From Felis catus (taxonomy: Eukaryota), in the NCBI RefSeq assembly GCF_018350175.1, contig NC_058372.1, forward strand, positions 41,354,001-41,418,000: a DNA stretch of 64,000 bases, read 5' to 3'. The notes under the pieces are model-generated. The model had not been told where the DNA came from. It made no database searches and saw only the letters and a program-made list of their open reading frames with translations. Positions 25,536-38,890 of this stretch are shown here, piece after piece; the first letter of the stretch is position 1, and each line of letters begins with the position of its first letter. Both the position numbers and the translations under genes were made by a program.

Positions 25536-25867
25536 TGAGGGGGGTGGGGGGGGGTTGGTATGAAGTTAACTTTATTAAATATGCCCAGTGGCAATTTGTA
25601 TCTTTTGTTTGTCACGATTGTTAGATTGTAGTAGACTTTTTTCAGTTATTTAAAAAATGTTGTAGATGCTGAGCTCTTCACCACAGCTCTCTCCCCAGAG
25701 ATTAAAAACTGGTGCAGGGACTGTGGTGAGGGAGCCCTTTGCCATGGTAGCCACATCTGGACTCCCTCTTCATGATTTGGCTTTGGTGACTGTCCTTTGG
25801 AAAACCTTGGGCCTGGGTTGGGTGAGCAGACTGACCTAAGGATCCACTCTTAGCATACCTTAAAGGG

Positions 25868-25889
25868 GTGTGTGTGTGTGTGTGTGTGT
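25868..25889. repeat. (GT)11 microsatellite
   Basis: Read directly from the sequence. Confidence 0.9.
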
Positions 25890-26609
25890 ATTAGTGTGGA
25901 CATTAAGGCTCATTTCTGACTTTGATTACTGACATGAAGTGTTGAAGTAACCATAGTGTTAAATTCATAGACAATCTGGATGTCATCTTTGTTTTAAAAA
26001 TAGCAGGTAGCGAACTACAGAGGAAAAAAAAATAGGTGGCATTTTAAATACGCACCATCCTCCCCCTCCAGCTTGAGGGGAAATGGAAAACAGATGTGCT
26101 TCTGCTGAAACTTGTGTCGTTCTGGAAGGTCCTGGCCTAGTGCTTCTCTCTTTTAGCCAAGCAGGAGGCTGGTGTGTAGCCTTGGGGCAGAGGTGTGCCC
26201 AAGGTTTGATTGACTGGCTTTTCCTTTGCCCTGCACTTAAGACTCACTCTTCCCCTCCTTCTGAGTCATGTCCTGTCTATTTAACACACCCTCAGGGCCC
26301 ATCTTTTTCTTTAGTAAATGACTCTCCAACTTGCCATCAGACTAGGCACGCGTCTGAAGTCTGACCAGATTTCAGGGTAATTGGGGGCTCAGGACTTAGG
26401 GCTTTTTCTGGGAATTCTGACCCAGCCCTTAGATGACCTTTTCCTATTGTTACGGCACATGAAGTTTGGAATTAGTATCTGTCTGTGTCTGTTGCCCTCC
26501 ACCATTACCTGAGGAGCCATATATCTCAGAAGAATGTACTTTATCTCAATTTGTGATGCAAACAGCGTGCTGAAACGTGTAATCTCCATAGAGTGCACCT
26601 TTGTGTGTG

Positions 26610-26822
26610 TGTTTTAAGTTTATTTATGTTAAGAGAGACCTAGAGAGCGCAAGTTGGGGGGGGGAGGGGCAGAGATCAAGGGAGAGAGAGAAAATCCCAA
26701 GCAGGCTCTGTGCTGCCATCACAGAGTCTGACATGCGCCTTGAACTTACGAAACCACGAGACCATGACCTGAGCCAAAACCAAGAGTGGGACGCTTACCT
26801 GACTGAGCCACCCAGGTGCCCC
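26610..26822 (-). mobile_element. CanSINE
   Basis: Reverse head ..ctgagccacccaggtgcccc; TSD cacctttgtgt. Confidence 0.88.
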
Positions 26823-27119
26823 TACACCTTTGTGTTTTGGTAGAAGTCCTCAGACTTTCAGGATTCAGGTCTCATTTTTGCAAATGAATGAACTGTGGTG
26901 TGAAGGCTGATAGATTTGGAGCCAGTTCTCTGCCTTTACTGTTCTGGTTTTGTCATTCTTAAAGCCACTTTCTTCACACCCCTTAATCATGTGTAATCTT
27001 TGCATCTAATCCCTTCACCACCTTTTTCTCACCTCCATATTTTGAGTGCTGAAGATGTCTGGGTAAACCAGGTCTTTGTTTCTCACCTGGATTCAGCCTC
27101 CTTACAGCTCTCGGAACTT

Positions 27120-28210
27120 GTTCTCTCTAGCTTCTGGGCCTTTGCACATTCTGGCCTTTCTGGGATGCGCTCCCCCTCCACCCTTTACCTACCTCTTTTT
27201 CCTCTAGACAAATGTCACTTTTTGTGGGGATCCTCACTCCTTCTGCCTTTCCTCTGTGCTTGTGTTTTAACACTTAGGCTGCATTGTGATTATCTGTTTA
27301 CTTGTCTGACTCTTACAGGGCTGTGAGTGTCCTGTCTACAGGTACTAGGTCTTATTCATTATTGTATTCTACCATTTAGAATAGTGTGTGGTGCTTAATA
27401 GGCGCTCTACCATGCGGTGGGGCTTAGACAATGAATGAAATGTGGTGGGCAGACTCTCTCCACTCCTGTAGCTTCCAAGCTGCTGTGAGAATTATTTTCC
27501 TGTGAAAAACAATGTTCTGTTCCCTTAAAAATGCCATGGTTTCTGCCTTGTTTAGGATAAAGTCCACACTCTAGCTCAGCATGCGGGAAGGTTGTTTATA
27601 CTCTGGCCCAGACTCCAGCTTCTGGCTTGAGATGCTGTCACCTCTACTTCTGTCCTGTGCATCATTGCTCCTAAATTTCCCACTGCTCCTGGACCTGTCA
27701 TGGCCATCCGTTTACTGTATTCTTCTTTGCTTGTGCATTTTGCTCTCTCCGTAATGCTGTCTCTAAAACTCTGCTCATCCCCCAAGACCCAGCTCCTGTG
27801 TAACCTCCAGTGAGAAGACTTCCTGCTTTCCTTTCTTCCTCTCGACCCCCAGCAGCACTTTGTGTGAGCGGCCTCAGTTCTGGCATTTCTCATGTTGTGT
27901 GGTGATTTCTCTGGTGCCTGTTGGCCTCTTTCACTGAGCTGACCCTCTGTAGAGGAGGGTCCCTCCCTGATTGTGGGGTGAGGGTGAGGGGTGTGAAGGA
28001 GTCTGATTTTGGAGGGAGGCAGACCTGGTTTAAATCTTGATTCTGGCACTTACCAGCTGTGTGACTTCAGGCAAGTTGCTTAACTGGTAGGATTCTTTGT
28101 CTCGTCCCATATAAAATGAGGGTGACATTATCTTTTTTGTAGGAGTATTGAGCATGTAGCATGGTGCCTGTCATGTGAAGGATACTCAATATTTGTTGAA
28201 TAAATGAATG
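27120..28210 (+). mobile_element. Degenerate L2 and MIR fragments
   Basis: gggcctttgcacat, ggataaagtcca, and tail ctcaatatttgttgaataaatgaatg. Confidence 0.5.
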
Positions 28211-28367
28211 CCATTTTGGAAAACACANNNNNNNNNNNNNNNNNNNNNNNNNNNNNNNNNNNNNNNNNNNNNNNNNNNNNNNNNNNNNNNNNNNNNNNNN
28301 NNNNNNNNNNNNNNNNNNNNNNNNNNNNNNNNNNNNNNNNNNNNNNNNNNNNNNNNNNNNNNNNNNN

Positions 28368-28530
28368 AATGGGGGAGGGGCAGAGAGAGAGGGAGACACA
28401 GAATCGGAAGCAGGCTCCAGGCTCTGAGCCATCAGCCCAGAGCCCGACGTGGGGCTCGAACTCACGGACCGCGAGATCATGACCTGAGCTGAAGTCTGAC
28501 GCTTAACCGACTGAGCCACCCAGGCGCCCC
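28368..28530 (-). mobile_element. Young SINEC_Fc-type CanSINE (tail in N run 28228-28367)
   Basis: Near-consensus ..gcttaaccgactgagccacccaggcgcccc. Confidence 0.93.
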
Positions 28531-31500
28531 AGGCTTTGTTTTATTCAAGCTAGAATCAGCCTTTTGATTTCTGCCAGGTAGCCAGGAGCATTTTGAGGTG
28601 GAAGTAAAATTGAGAGAGTCTCTTTTCTTGTGATGAAGCAATAATAAAAGGTGAGGTTGGGGACATCATCAATGAGAAACCTGTGCAAAACAGTTGATGT
28701 TTCTCCCCATTTTTTGTGTTGTAATGATTCCTTTGATGGATCACGTTTATGTGAGATTGGTAGTGACCTTAGTGGATATAGGTGGGGGTGGGTAGGTGGT
28801 AGATTTGTAATGTAGTTAAGTCTGTGGGTGACTGGATGGGGTGTTTAAGGATTCATGTTCCCTGGTGTTTTATGGATTGAAAAATATTGGATGAAGCTGA
28901 TAGAACACATCTGGGCATTCAGGAAGCTACTCTTCTTGGCCCTAGTTTTCTTAGGGCTTTGATGATCTTGTGTCACAGAACAGGCTTAACTTAGATGTTC
29001 CCCAGAAATAGGGCTGGTAGCTGGGAGTTCACTGTCCATTCTTTTTGCCTTCTTGTTTTTAGTGTAGTTAATGGGGGTAGTTCTTAGGGCACCAGTTCCC
29101 AACAAACACCAAAGGAATGTGTTTCCAGAAGTCTAGACCTCTTCATTGTGTAATGCCAGGTGGTGCGCCAGTGTGAGTTTACAGTCCTGAAGAGGAAGAT
29201 GTGTTTGAGTTTTTCAGAGGGCAGCCTTCTTGTCTGGTCCTTGAACCCCTGCCCCAGCCAGGAGTCTCTCCTCTGGCTCTCCAAGCACATACCAAACTGT
29301 AATCCAAATGGCTGTTAACCTGTCTCTCCTCCACTTGGGGTAAGATCTTTCTTGGGGCCCTATGCAGTAGGTGCTGAGCAGTCTTGGTTATTGTGTGACC
29401 CAAACCCGTTCTTCCTTCTTGAAACAGAAAGCAGATAGGATCCGATTGGCAAAATCCTTTGAACTCTTAGGAAGGAAGGTCCTGCATAAGTAAAAGGTGA
29501 TAGTATTAGCAATAGCATTACTAATTATTTTCTAGAGTTAAGGTGGTTAAATGATCATCCAGGTGCTTGGCTTCAGCTGTCTCCCTTTTCAGCCCTATAT
29601 TCTTTTTTTTTTTTTTTTTTTAGCCTTCTTATCGTCTAATAACACATCCCTAAGCCAGCAGAAAAGGTTAAGAGCAGAGGTGAAGTACGCTCCCGTATAT
29701 TTTCTTGCTAATCACTATCTTCTAAAAAGTCTGGCTGCTGGCATCTTTTTTGTTATTCATTAAGCTCCTTTTCATGCCCCATAAGCTGCTGGCTTTTCTG
29801 GCTGTATTGCTCATTCTGTCCAGGTATGCTCCACGCTCACAGCCAGGACCTACTACGACCTTGTTAATGCCGAGACACATCAAAAGAATGAGACCAGTAG
29901 CTGAAAGTGGAGGGATGGATGGGGTTTTCCTTGGGCTCAACTCCTTGTCGCTCCGTGTGGGAGTGTACACTGCAGTGTGGCATTTTTTGGCAGGGCTGGT
30001 AAGCTGCATCGTATGTTCGGCAGATTTGAGAGGACATTGGGTGAGCCAGCAGGACTGGCTTGTGCTGTGTACTTTTCGGTTTCAAAGAGGCTGAGTCTCC
30101 TGGACTGGCCATGAGTGGAAGAGTGGGACCTCTTCTTTGTTAATACTCTCTCATAGGTGCCGGCTGTCTGTGAGGTAACACTTGGAATCTGTAAAGGACA
30201 TGCACTCTATTTGTGAAGAGCTTCTGTGCTTTCCCAGTGAACTGTGGGAGGGGGGACTCCCTGAGGGCCGGGGCCGCCTGGCGGGAGGCAGTCTAGATGG
30301 TGCTCAGCTGACGGTAGGATAGAATGCTGGGCTGACCATTTTGGGTACTCAACCTCTTTGCACCTTCACAGGTAAGCCCATGGGGACTTCAGTCTCAGAA
30401 GCCTTTGAGGGTGTTTCCATCAGAGCAGAATTGTCATGGCTTTCCTATGGCTCCCTAGAGGAGGCATCTTTGCCCTGGGATTGGACACAGAGGGTTCTCG
30501 TTCAGTTCTGTCTGTGGTCTTGGGCAAGTCACTTGTCCTTTCCCTTCAGAATAGGAGAACGCCACTTGTTCTGTGGGCCTCAGTAGGCCACGAGGATCAA
30601 AGGACGTACAGTGGAAGGGGAAGCGTTTTCAGGATAGTAAAAACACATGGCAGATGGAGGGGTTTGTCCTGTTTGTCTAGGAATTCTGTGTTTTCACCAT
30701 AAGCATAATATATGTCCTTGTAGAAAACACCAACCATATGGGCAAATATACAAAAGAAAAAGTAAAAGGACCCTCTCTCCCTTTCCCAGAGACGGGGAAC
30801 TATCATGTATCCTTCTGATCACTTTTGTGTGCTTCTAGACATTCCTCATCATGTATCTTTTATAAAATAAACAAGGCTCAATAGTGGTACATGCTCTGTT
30901 CTTCAGCTTGCTCTGTTCACCTAACAAGTTCAGGAGGAGGGTGCCCCCCTCCACGTTGAGCAGCCCCGTGTTGGAGCCTCCTTCCCAGCATTGGGCCTTC
31001 CTCTGGGGCTGGCTCCTTGGAAGGGGTAGAGAATCTTCCCTAGGGGTTCTCCCCACAGCAGGTACCCTGGTTATCTGAGGGGTTGTTTTTTATTCTGAGG
31101 TGAAGTAGTCTGGCAGGAGTGCCCTTGAGTGGGAATCGGGACGGTTGTATACGCGGCGTGGGCCTCACCACTTCCGTCTCCCGTGTGTTTCTCCCCTTTG
31201 CTCTTGTGTTACCTGTGGCCGGGAAGAGAGTAAACTTACCTGATTTCTCAACCTCTGTTTCAATGCAGAGAGCGTCACTGATTTCTGGACCTTTGGGTTT
31301 CCTAGGTGTTTTGCTGCTCTGTGTTTTGAAATCAAGCCAGACCCAGCTGATGTTTTTTGGCCTTATTTGTGGGTGAGGATTCTGAAGGTAGCCTGTCAAT
31401 GGCCATGCATTCTTCCCGGTCTAGGGAAGAGGTCAGAGCCCACAGGAAGAGTTGTTTTCTCTTCTAGATGGTTATCTCCCCCTCTGTGGTAAGGCCTTGG

Positions 31501-34500
31501 CCTTTGGAGCTCCGAAGCTATTGTCAGAGTAATACTGGGAGCCCGAGGAGTAGGCAGTTCGGAATGATTAACTTGGGCTTGGGAGAAGGGCCAGGCCCAT
31601 AAGTAGCGCCAGGGTGGTCACTGTTCTCCTCTACCCTGAGCCATCTCATCATCTGCGGGGCTTTCCAGACAGAAGGGGAATCCTTCTGCTTTTTCTCGCC
31701 AACATGCTGCCCTTCTCCATAAGCACAGGCAGTGTTTGCTGATACATTTGCTGTAGTTTTCCTCTCCTGCTGCTCCATGGGTCACATCTTGTGGGGGTTT
31801 GGGGATTCCACTCCTGTGGCTCCATCTTCCTTGAGATCTCTAAGCCAGGGTGTGTCCCTTCCCCTAGGATGGTATTGGAGGCTTCAGGAAAGGTGTTTTC
31901 TGCTGTTTCCTGGGCTTTCTGTGATGGGAACACTAGCCTCTCTGGCATTGCTCATTCTGAGCGGGTGGAATAGTCGCTGTTGGAGTCCGAGGAGCCTGGC
32001 TGCAGCATAGCCAGTATCCTTGCTCTGTGGGTTCCTCTGGGGCCAGCTTCCTGGGAAGCGCCATCCCCCCGGCCCTTTCAGAAACTGAAAGGTGGCAGTG
32101 TGCCACCCCTTCCCTGGCTGGCCCAGCTCCGGGCTGGGTCATACACTGCCCCATTGTATTGTGCCTTCGATGCAGTTCTTGTTGCAGCCTCTGATCCCTG
32201 GGCCGGTTCCCTCTCGGCCCCATTCCTCAGAGCCTGTGGGAGGTGGTGGGGTGGACTCTGCTGGCACAGGCAGGGGATGGGCGGCAGCTGCAGCTGGGGC
32301 TGGCTTTGTTCTGACACCCCAGCTTTCAGAGCTGTGGTGCAGCCTGGCAGCCGGGTCCAGGGAAAAGGCAAGACGGGGGAGCTCCCCACCCCCACTCCCG
32401 CAGCAGTGCCCCCTTCCACCACAGCTCTCCTCTCTTTTTGTTGACCAACCAGAGAGCCCTGTTACCTGGGGTCAGCAAGCTGGACTCCCTGGTTGGCAGG
32501 GGGCATGCTGCACTTCCACCTGGCATGGTTTTCAGATGGGAGAAAGCCCCCGAGGCTCTAGTGGTAAGTCTGCAGGAGCTTCCCCTGTCGGAAGAGCGCA
32601 GTGTGTACCCTCGGGCATCTCGCAGCTTGGCATTCCTTCTGCTCTCTCTTTGCAGCTCCGGAGTTGGGCTGCTCTCAACCAAGCTGTCTGTTTATATGGA
32701 GTGCCTGGAGGGCGTCTGCCATGAGTCTGTCGCTAACCGTGCTAACCAGGAGAGCTGGCTGGTTGGGGAGAAGACACTAACCCTGTGAGTCTGACCTGGG
32801 CCAGCTAACCTGCCCTGGGGGTACCACCAGCAGTGCCTCTCACCCCTCCTCCCCCTAGCCTGGCTGCCTCCTCCCCTTGGCTTGCCTCATGCCACCTCCT
32901 CTGCTCTCTTGTCCTTACTGCTGGGTTCCCTCCATCTTCCCAGTCTCCTTGCTGTGGGTGGGGACATGCTCCCTCTAAGGCCAGAGGAGGGGGCTTTCCT
33001 ATGCACAGACACCTGCCAGCCAGCCTGCTGGCCTCTGCCCACCTCATGATCCCCTCAGCACCGCGTTGCCCGGTTCTCCCTTAAAACAGAATTGGTTGGA
33101 GTTTCTGTTCAATCTGCTTTAAGCGTTATGGAGTTTGAGAACATTGCGCAGTTACCACGCTCTGTTTCACACCTCAGAGATAGATGGAGCTAGAGTGGGA
33201 GGGGGATCTTCTTCTCGACTGGATAGTTGCTTCCCTTTGTCAAAAGGGGAAGATTGAATGGTGTCCCCATTAGTCTCACCCCGGGATAATAATTTAGGGT
33301 CAGTTGCAAGGTTCTCCTTAAGGTTGTTGTTGAAGAAAACCGCGGTCTGGCTGTGGGAAATTCCCAGGGCCTTGAGTGAAGCTACTTAGGACTAAAAGCT
33401 GGAGCCCAGAACCAGGTACCCACCTGAGACGTAGCTCGTGGTGTCCGTTGCTCCGGCAGGTGGAGTGGGTGGAGTCAGGCTCCCCACTGCCTTTCACATG
33501 TGGAACTTCAGGTGGACTTTAGCCAAGAAGGGCTGGAAGGGCGCCTTAGCCACGACGGGCGGGACCCGGCTTTGGACTCCACAGTGGGCCTGGGAGAAGC
33601 CTTGGCCTCAGGCTGGGAGACTGGTGAACAGCTTGCCATGGGGAAGTTCCCACCAGATTGCCTTCCAGGTTTGGAAAGAAGGGGGCTCTGGGGATAGCAG
33701 GAAGACTGAGTGCTCGGGGGTCTCTGGTGTTCTGCACAGGTAGCTCCTTAGATGGGCTCTCTGGCTGCAGCCTCTGGAGGCAGAGCAGTACGGGGTAAAC
33801 TGGGTGGGGGAACTTGGGATCCGAAGGCCCTCTGGGTAGGCTCTGTTTCCCTTGGCTCAGGAGGGAGAGGCAGGGAGCTTCCTGTGAGTATGAGGTGGGA
33901 ATGTGTAAACGGGAGAGGGTATAGGTGTTGCACAGATGTGTAGGGACCCTGAGTAGGGAGGAGCAAGCTGGAGGGGTGCCTGGTGGCTGGGCTGACCGGG
34001 AAAACAAAAGGGGCCTGGAGCAGAAGGCTGGTTCAGGACCACCCCTTACATTGCCTTTCCTGAGGTGAGGGCTTGGGGACTGCTGTCAAGTGCTGGTTGA
34101 TCTTGGGGACTTTTTGGCCCTCCCTTTATTTAGGGGAGGTTGCTTGGATCATCATCAACTGTTGTCTTCAGCCCCTTTGTTCTGTCAGGTGTTTGCTTGA
34201 ATGAGACACCAGCTGGATAGACTTGAGGTATTTACTCAGGTGGGAGCCAGGTGAGCTCTTTACAGGTCCCCGGCAGTAGTTTGGAGTCCTCAGGATTACT
34301 CTGGGGCAGAATAATTCCCACCCATTTTGGTTTTTAAAAACCTGTCTGTCGATTCTGCTTAGAGCAGGCAGAGGGCCAGGTCAGGGCCGCAGGCAGCTTG
34401 TCCCAAGAGGGTGAGGTTGTACTTGCCCAGAAAGGTGGCAGGCATGGCTGTTGGAGGGGCAGCAGGGCTGGTCTGGGCACAGACTGGCATCTCCCAGCCT

Positions 34501-37334
34501 AGTCATCGGCCCAGAGCGGAGCCTGCCCAGGCCCCACCCCATGCTCTGCTGGCTGCTTGCCTGCCACGCGCCCAGGATTGCTGAGGGCTTTGCTCATGTA
34601 CCTCAGGAGCAGCTGCATGCCGGAAACTGGGGGCTGGTAGCAAGCAGGAGGGGCACCCAGGGGTCAATGTGGAGAGGGCTGAACCCAGCCAGCTTTGGTG
34701 GGATCTGAGGGACTGACAGCCAAAGTCGGGAGGGGCTGTGTTAATGGGGCAGGAGAGCCCTTGCGAGCGATCCCCAGGGCCTCTGCTCAGTCACCTGGGT
34801 ACAGGGCTGACCCTTGCAGGTGGGGGTTTGTGTTTCTTGGGCCTCAGTTGGATGCAGACCCTGAATTTCAGAGGCTCAAGAAGAAGCCAGACTTGTATGG
34901 CTGGAGTGTGTCCTGCCCCCAGAGGTGCAGTTTCCTCCAGGCCTACAGAGTTCAGAGACTCTATATCCAGGGCTTATAGCTGAGGGCGATTCCTACGGAG
35001 GAGACACTAGTCCCTGTGTGATCAGACATTCATGTTGTAGCCATTGATGAGGGGCTTTAGGAAGGTCCTGTGTTTATTTTTATTACTTATTTGTATCCTG
35101 CTGGGTTCCATGGGAATTAAGGCAGTATAGAACACAGCTGAGTGTTCTGGAAAAGGGCCAGTTTCCTTTTATTCTAAAAGCAGTAGTGATTGCTAATGAG
35201 TGATTCTGTTTGACTTCTTCAGGTGAATTATGAAGAATTTTAATGTTTTTAGTGGTGCTGTGTGGCCTCTCTCTGATGGTCCCTCATTTGCTTGAGTCAG
35301 TGACAGCTGTGAGTAGAAAGGAGTGTCAGTAGGTTAGGAAATGGTCTGAGCCCAGATAAACTGTTGGGGCCATAATTTCTTACAGAGAGTGTGGGTGATG
35401 TGGGGAGCAGGGGAGGCGGTTGGTCTCTCAAGGGCAGGGCAAGTGAACTGGGGAGGGTGGAGGGAGGTAGCAGTGCAGAACTTGGGGGAGCTGGATGAGA
35501 TGTCCACGGGGGCAGGCTCAAGTCTGAAAAGCCAAAGAGCCCCACCCATTTTGGTTTCACTCCCGTCTCCCTCAGTAGGGAGAAAGCTGGGTGCTCGGAC
35601 CTCCCCTCCTCTCCTGCACCTTTGACTTTGCCCTGGGCAGACCCGCAGAAAGGATGGCGGAAGGAAGTGAGAGGGCATCTTTGGCTCTTGGGCTTGAACC
35701 TTCTTGCTGTTGCCTACTCTGGGTGTTGGCAGAGAGTGGAGTAAGGATATGGTTTGGAGAAAATCAGGATGCTAAAGGTTTTTCCTTATCCTACTCCATC
35801 TCCAGCAGCGGTGACTCCTAACCATGGTGGAAGCCCAGGTCACATATGGGCACTTACCCATGAAAGGGCACAGGTGTGAGTCCCATCTCCTGACTTAAAG
35901 AGTGATGCTTGGCAGATTTTTTTGTCCTTTGATTAAAGGATACCGCTCAGCCAGAGTCTGGCACACGTTTCTCCTTATATCTGCCCCCGACTACGCTCTC
36001 TGCTCAGCTGTTCAGTGGGTTCACAGTGCAGGTTTGCTGTGCGTGCCGAGTCCCATTTCTAATGAAAGTAGACTTTGTTCTCAGGAGGCAGCTAATCGTG
36101 CCCCATGGGCTGTAATCAGGGAGAAGGTATTTAACACAGGGCAGGCGGCAACAGGCGGCCGCACTGACTGGCAGATTGCAACATGGCAATTAGGAAGCTA
36201 TCCACCCCCCTTTCCACCCCAGCAGAGCCAGGCCGAGTCTATCTGAACTGAGTTGAGTGAGTGAAGAATGAATGCTATGCAGAGGAGGAAGGGGGAGGCG
36301 GGGCTAGGCAGGGCTAGGCGGGGCCTGGGTATGAGGAGAGCAGCTTTCCCTTCCCACTGCTGCTGTGGGTGTCTCCCTCAGCAGTGCCAGAGGAGCCCCA
36401 GACCACACTGGGTCAGCCAGAGGTTTTAACCTAGGCCTCAGCCTTTCTCCTGGTGCACAGCTGTTCTTGTAGTGCAAACCCAGCCCATGACCTGGTAGCC
36501 CTACGTCCTGAGTCCTCTGCCCCCAGTTCTTTGAAGCTCAGGTGGTTTGGGGTGAGGGTTAGGAGTGGGATTCTTCTCGGTCAGTTTCTAGACTTTCCAA
36601 AAGACCATTTTCTTAGAGGTGCCCTGGAACCAGCCCAGCAGCCGGAGGCCAAGAGACCCCAAAGGCTGTTTGCTTGCTTACGGTGGCCCATATCTCATTC
36701 CGAGTTATCTGGCTACTTTCCCTGGGGACTTCCTCTTCTTGACATGGGATTGGGAAATCCTGTTTGGGCTGAAACACTCCAAGGCAAGATGGGAATCTGG
36801 GTGAAGGAGATGTGACCACTGGAGGCCGAGACCGGTAGCTGGGTCTTCCTGGCGGGACTGCCCTGCTGTCTTGCAGCCCACCTTTTATCTTCCCCTGGCT
36901 GTGAGCCTGGTGTCCAGCTGCTTCTTGCTTTGTTCTCCAGTGCACCTGGCGTTGCTCTCACTCTAGGGTCTGTCCTTCCCTGCCACACTCCAGTCAAGGA
37001 CAGTGGCCTGTCAGCCCTGTTGCGTTCCTGTTCAGTGATGGAATCGTCCCACCCCCACCCCTACCCCCTGCTGCTGTGGGCCCCAACACGTACTGGTATT
37101 TATGGACATGGGGCAGGGAGTGAGACAGACTCTCCTTCGTGGGCTTGTGTTTGGGACACTGCAGGCTCCCTAGCAGACTGTTTCCCTGGTGGGCATTGCC
37201 TTCTGCTTCCCCAGTTGGGAGTGGCTCCCTTTCTTGTGTCTCTGCTGTGTATGGAGAGAGCAGGCTCTGGCCGGGAGAGAGAACTGCCTGCCATCGCTGG
37301 CACCACTCATCCTGGAGCATGGGTGATTGCGGTG

Positions 37335-37381
37335 CTCCCTGTCTCCCTGTCTCCCTGTCTCCCTGTCTCCCTGTCTCCCTG
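37335..37381. repeat. (CTCCCTGT) x ~6 octamer tandem repeat in a TJAP1 intron
   Basis: Five perfect units plus 7 nt. Confidence 0.95.
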
Positions 37382-38653
37382 CCAGCCACTTCCACACTGT
37401 CTGTTCCCTCAGCAAGCCAGGTTATCCAGCTGGGAAAGCCCTGGGAGTGTGTGCTGTGGGGCCCAGGAGTGGGGACTTGAGGTCAAGATGAGCCAGGATG
37501 TGTGACAAGTAGAGCTAGGGCTTGTGGGCTGTGGAGTGAAGGCCTCCCTCCTTCCAGCGAAGATCCCCAGATACATGAGTGCGTCAGTTTGCTTCCTGCC
37601 TGCCCGCGTGCCACCCAGTCAGGTGTCCTGGTGCCTAGAGGCCAGTGTGGGTATTGGTATGAATAGGGCTAAGGAAGAAAAGAAGAGGCTGAGAATCGAG
37701 GGGGCCCACAACGTGGCCTGCAGCTGATGGGGATGCAGATGAGGAAGGGAGCAGGCCCAACTCTAGAGTCTCCCTCCTTGGATTTTGCAGAGGTTCTTGG
37801 CTACTGTATCTCTTACTCTGTGTTTCTGGCTGTCCTTTTCTAACTCATGTCCCCACACTTAGGCTCCCTGAGTCTCAGCACCCGGGTATCCAGGATGGCT
37901 TGCGACTTTCTGGGCCTCTCCCTCAGGCCATAGGAGCTCCCACCCTGGGGCCCTCAGGAGGGGCCCCAGGGAACCTGCGGGGGTGTCTTGTTTGCTCCCC
38001 CACACCCCAGGAATGTGCTGTCCTTCTGGGCCCGCCCGGATTCCTGTGCAGGGAGTCAGCCCGACACAGCACGCTGCTTGTGCCCTGTGGGGACATGTCC
38101 GCCTCACCATCAAAGGGGTGGAGGTTGGCGGCTCGTGCCTGCTGCCATGCCCCAGCTCCCCCCAGAACCCCAAGGGAGAGACCAGGCTGCCCAGACAGAG
38201 AAGGGAGGCCACTCCTGCTTCCCCGCCCTCCCTACCCCCACTGTTCTTCCTGCCTCGGGCTCTGTTGGAATGTGACAGGAGTTGGGGCCAGGGCATGTCC
38301 CGACAGCAGGAACACATGCTTTAGCCCGCAAGGCTTCCCTCAGCCCCCAGCTCTATTTATGTGAATGGTGGCGGGAAGATTGTTTATGCCCAGAAGGCCA
38401 CCTGAGGTTACTGCCTCCGTTGGTCCCTGTGGTGGCTGCTGCCCCCGTGCTGTGGCCCCGCTTATTACAGGTAGGCGCAGGGCTCAGCTCAGTGCTCCCA
38501 CGAACCTGGACAGGACCTCACGGGTCACTCAGTCTAGCCACCTCTGTGTGGAAGAGAAACCAGTGAGGGACTTAGCTGGGGCCACACAGTGTGTCAGAAG
38601 CAGCATAGCCTGGAGCCCTGTGTCTCAGCTCCCCGGAGTTGGGCTTTCTGCCC

Positions 38654-38890
38654 CAGAGCTTCTCAGCCTGGGCACTGTCAACCCTGTGTGCTGAGAATTC
38701 TTCATCATGGGGGGTTGTTCTTTGTGTTACCGGATGTTTAGCAGCATCCCTGGCCTCTACCCACTAGATGCCATTAGCACCCACACCATTGTGACAGCCA
38801 TTCAGACATTGCCAGGTATCTGGGAGGGGGAGGGGGCAAGTGAGAGGGGGTGTGGGACACCAAAATCTCCCCCATTGAGATTGCTCAATC
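38654..38890. mobile_element. MER20 (hAT-Charlie) DNA transposon relic
   Basis: Diagnostic ggatgtttagcagcatccctggcctctacccactagatgcca..tgtgaca..cagacattgcca. Confidence 0.85.

Noticed and set aside
9881-28519. Recurrent 'MAQSVK..TSAQVMIS..' peptides and tRNA-like A/B boxes
   Set aside because: These are translations and heads of CanSINEs, not a protein family or tRNA genes.
31500-38700. Many 100-210 aa ORFs in the TJAP1 intron
   Set aside because: GC-rich intronic shadow ORFs on both strands, with no homology I recognise.
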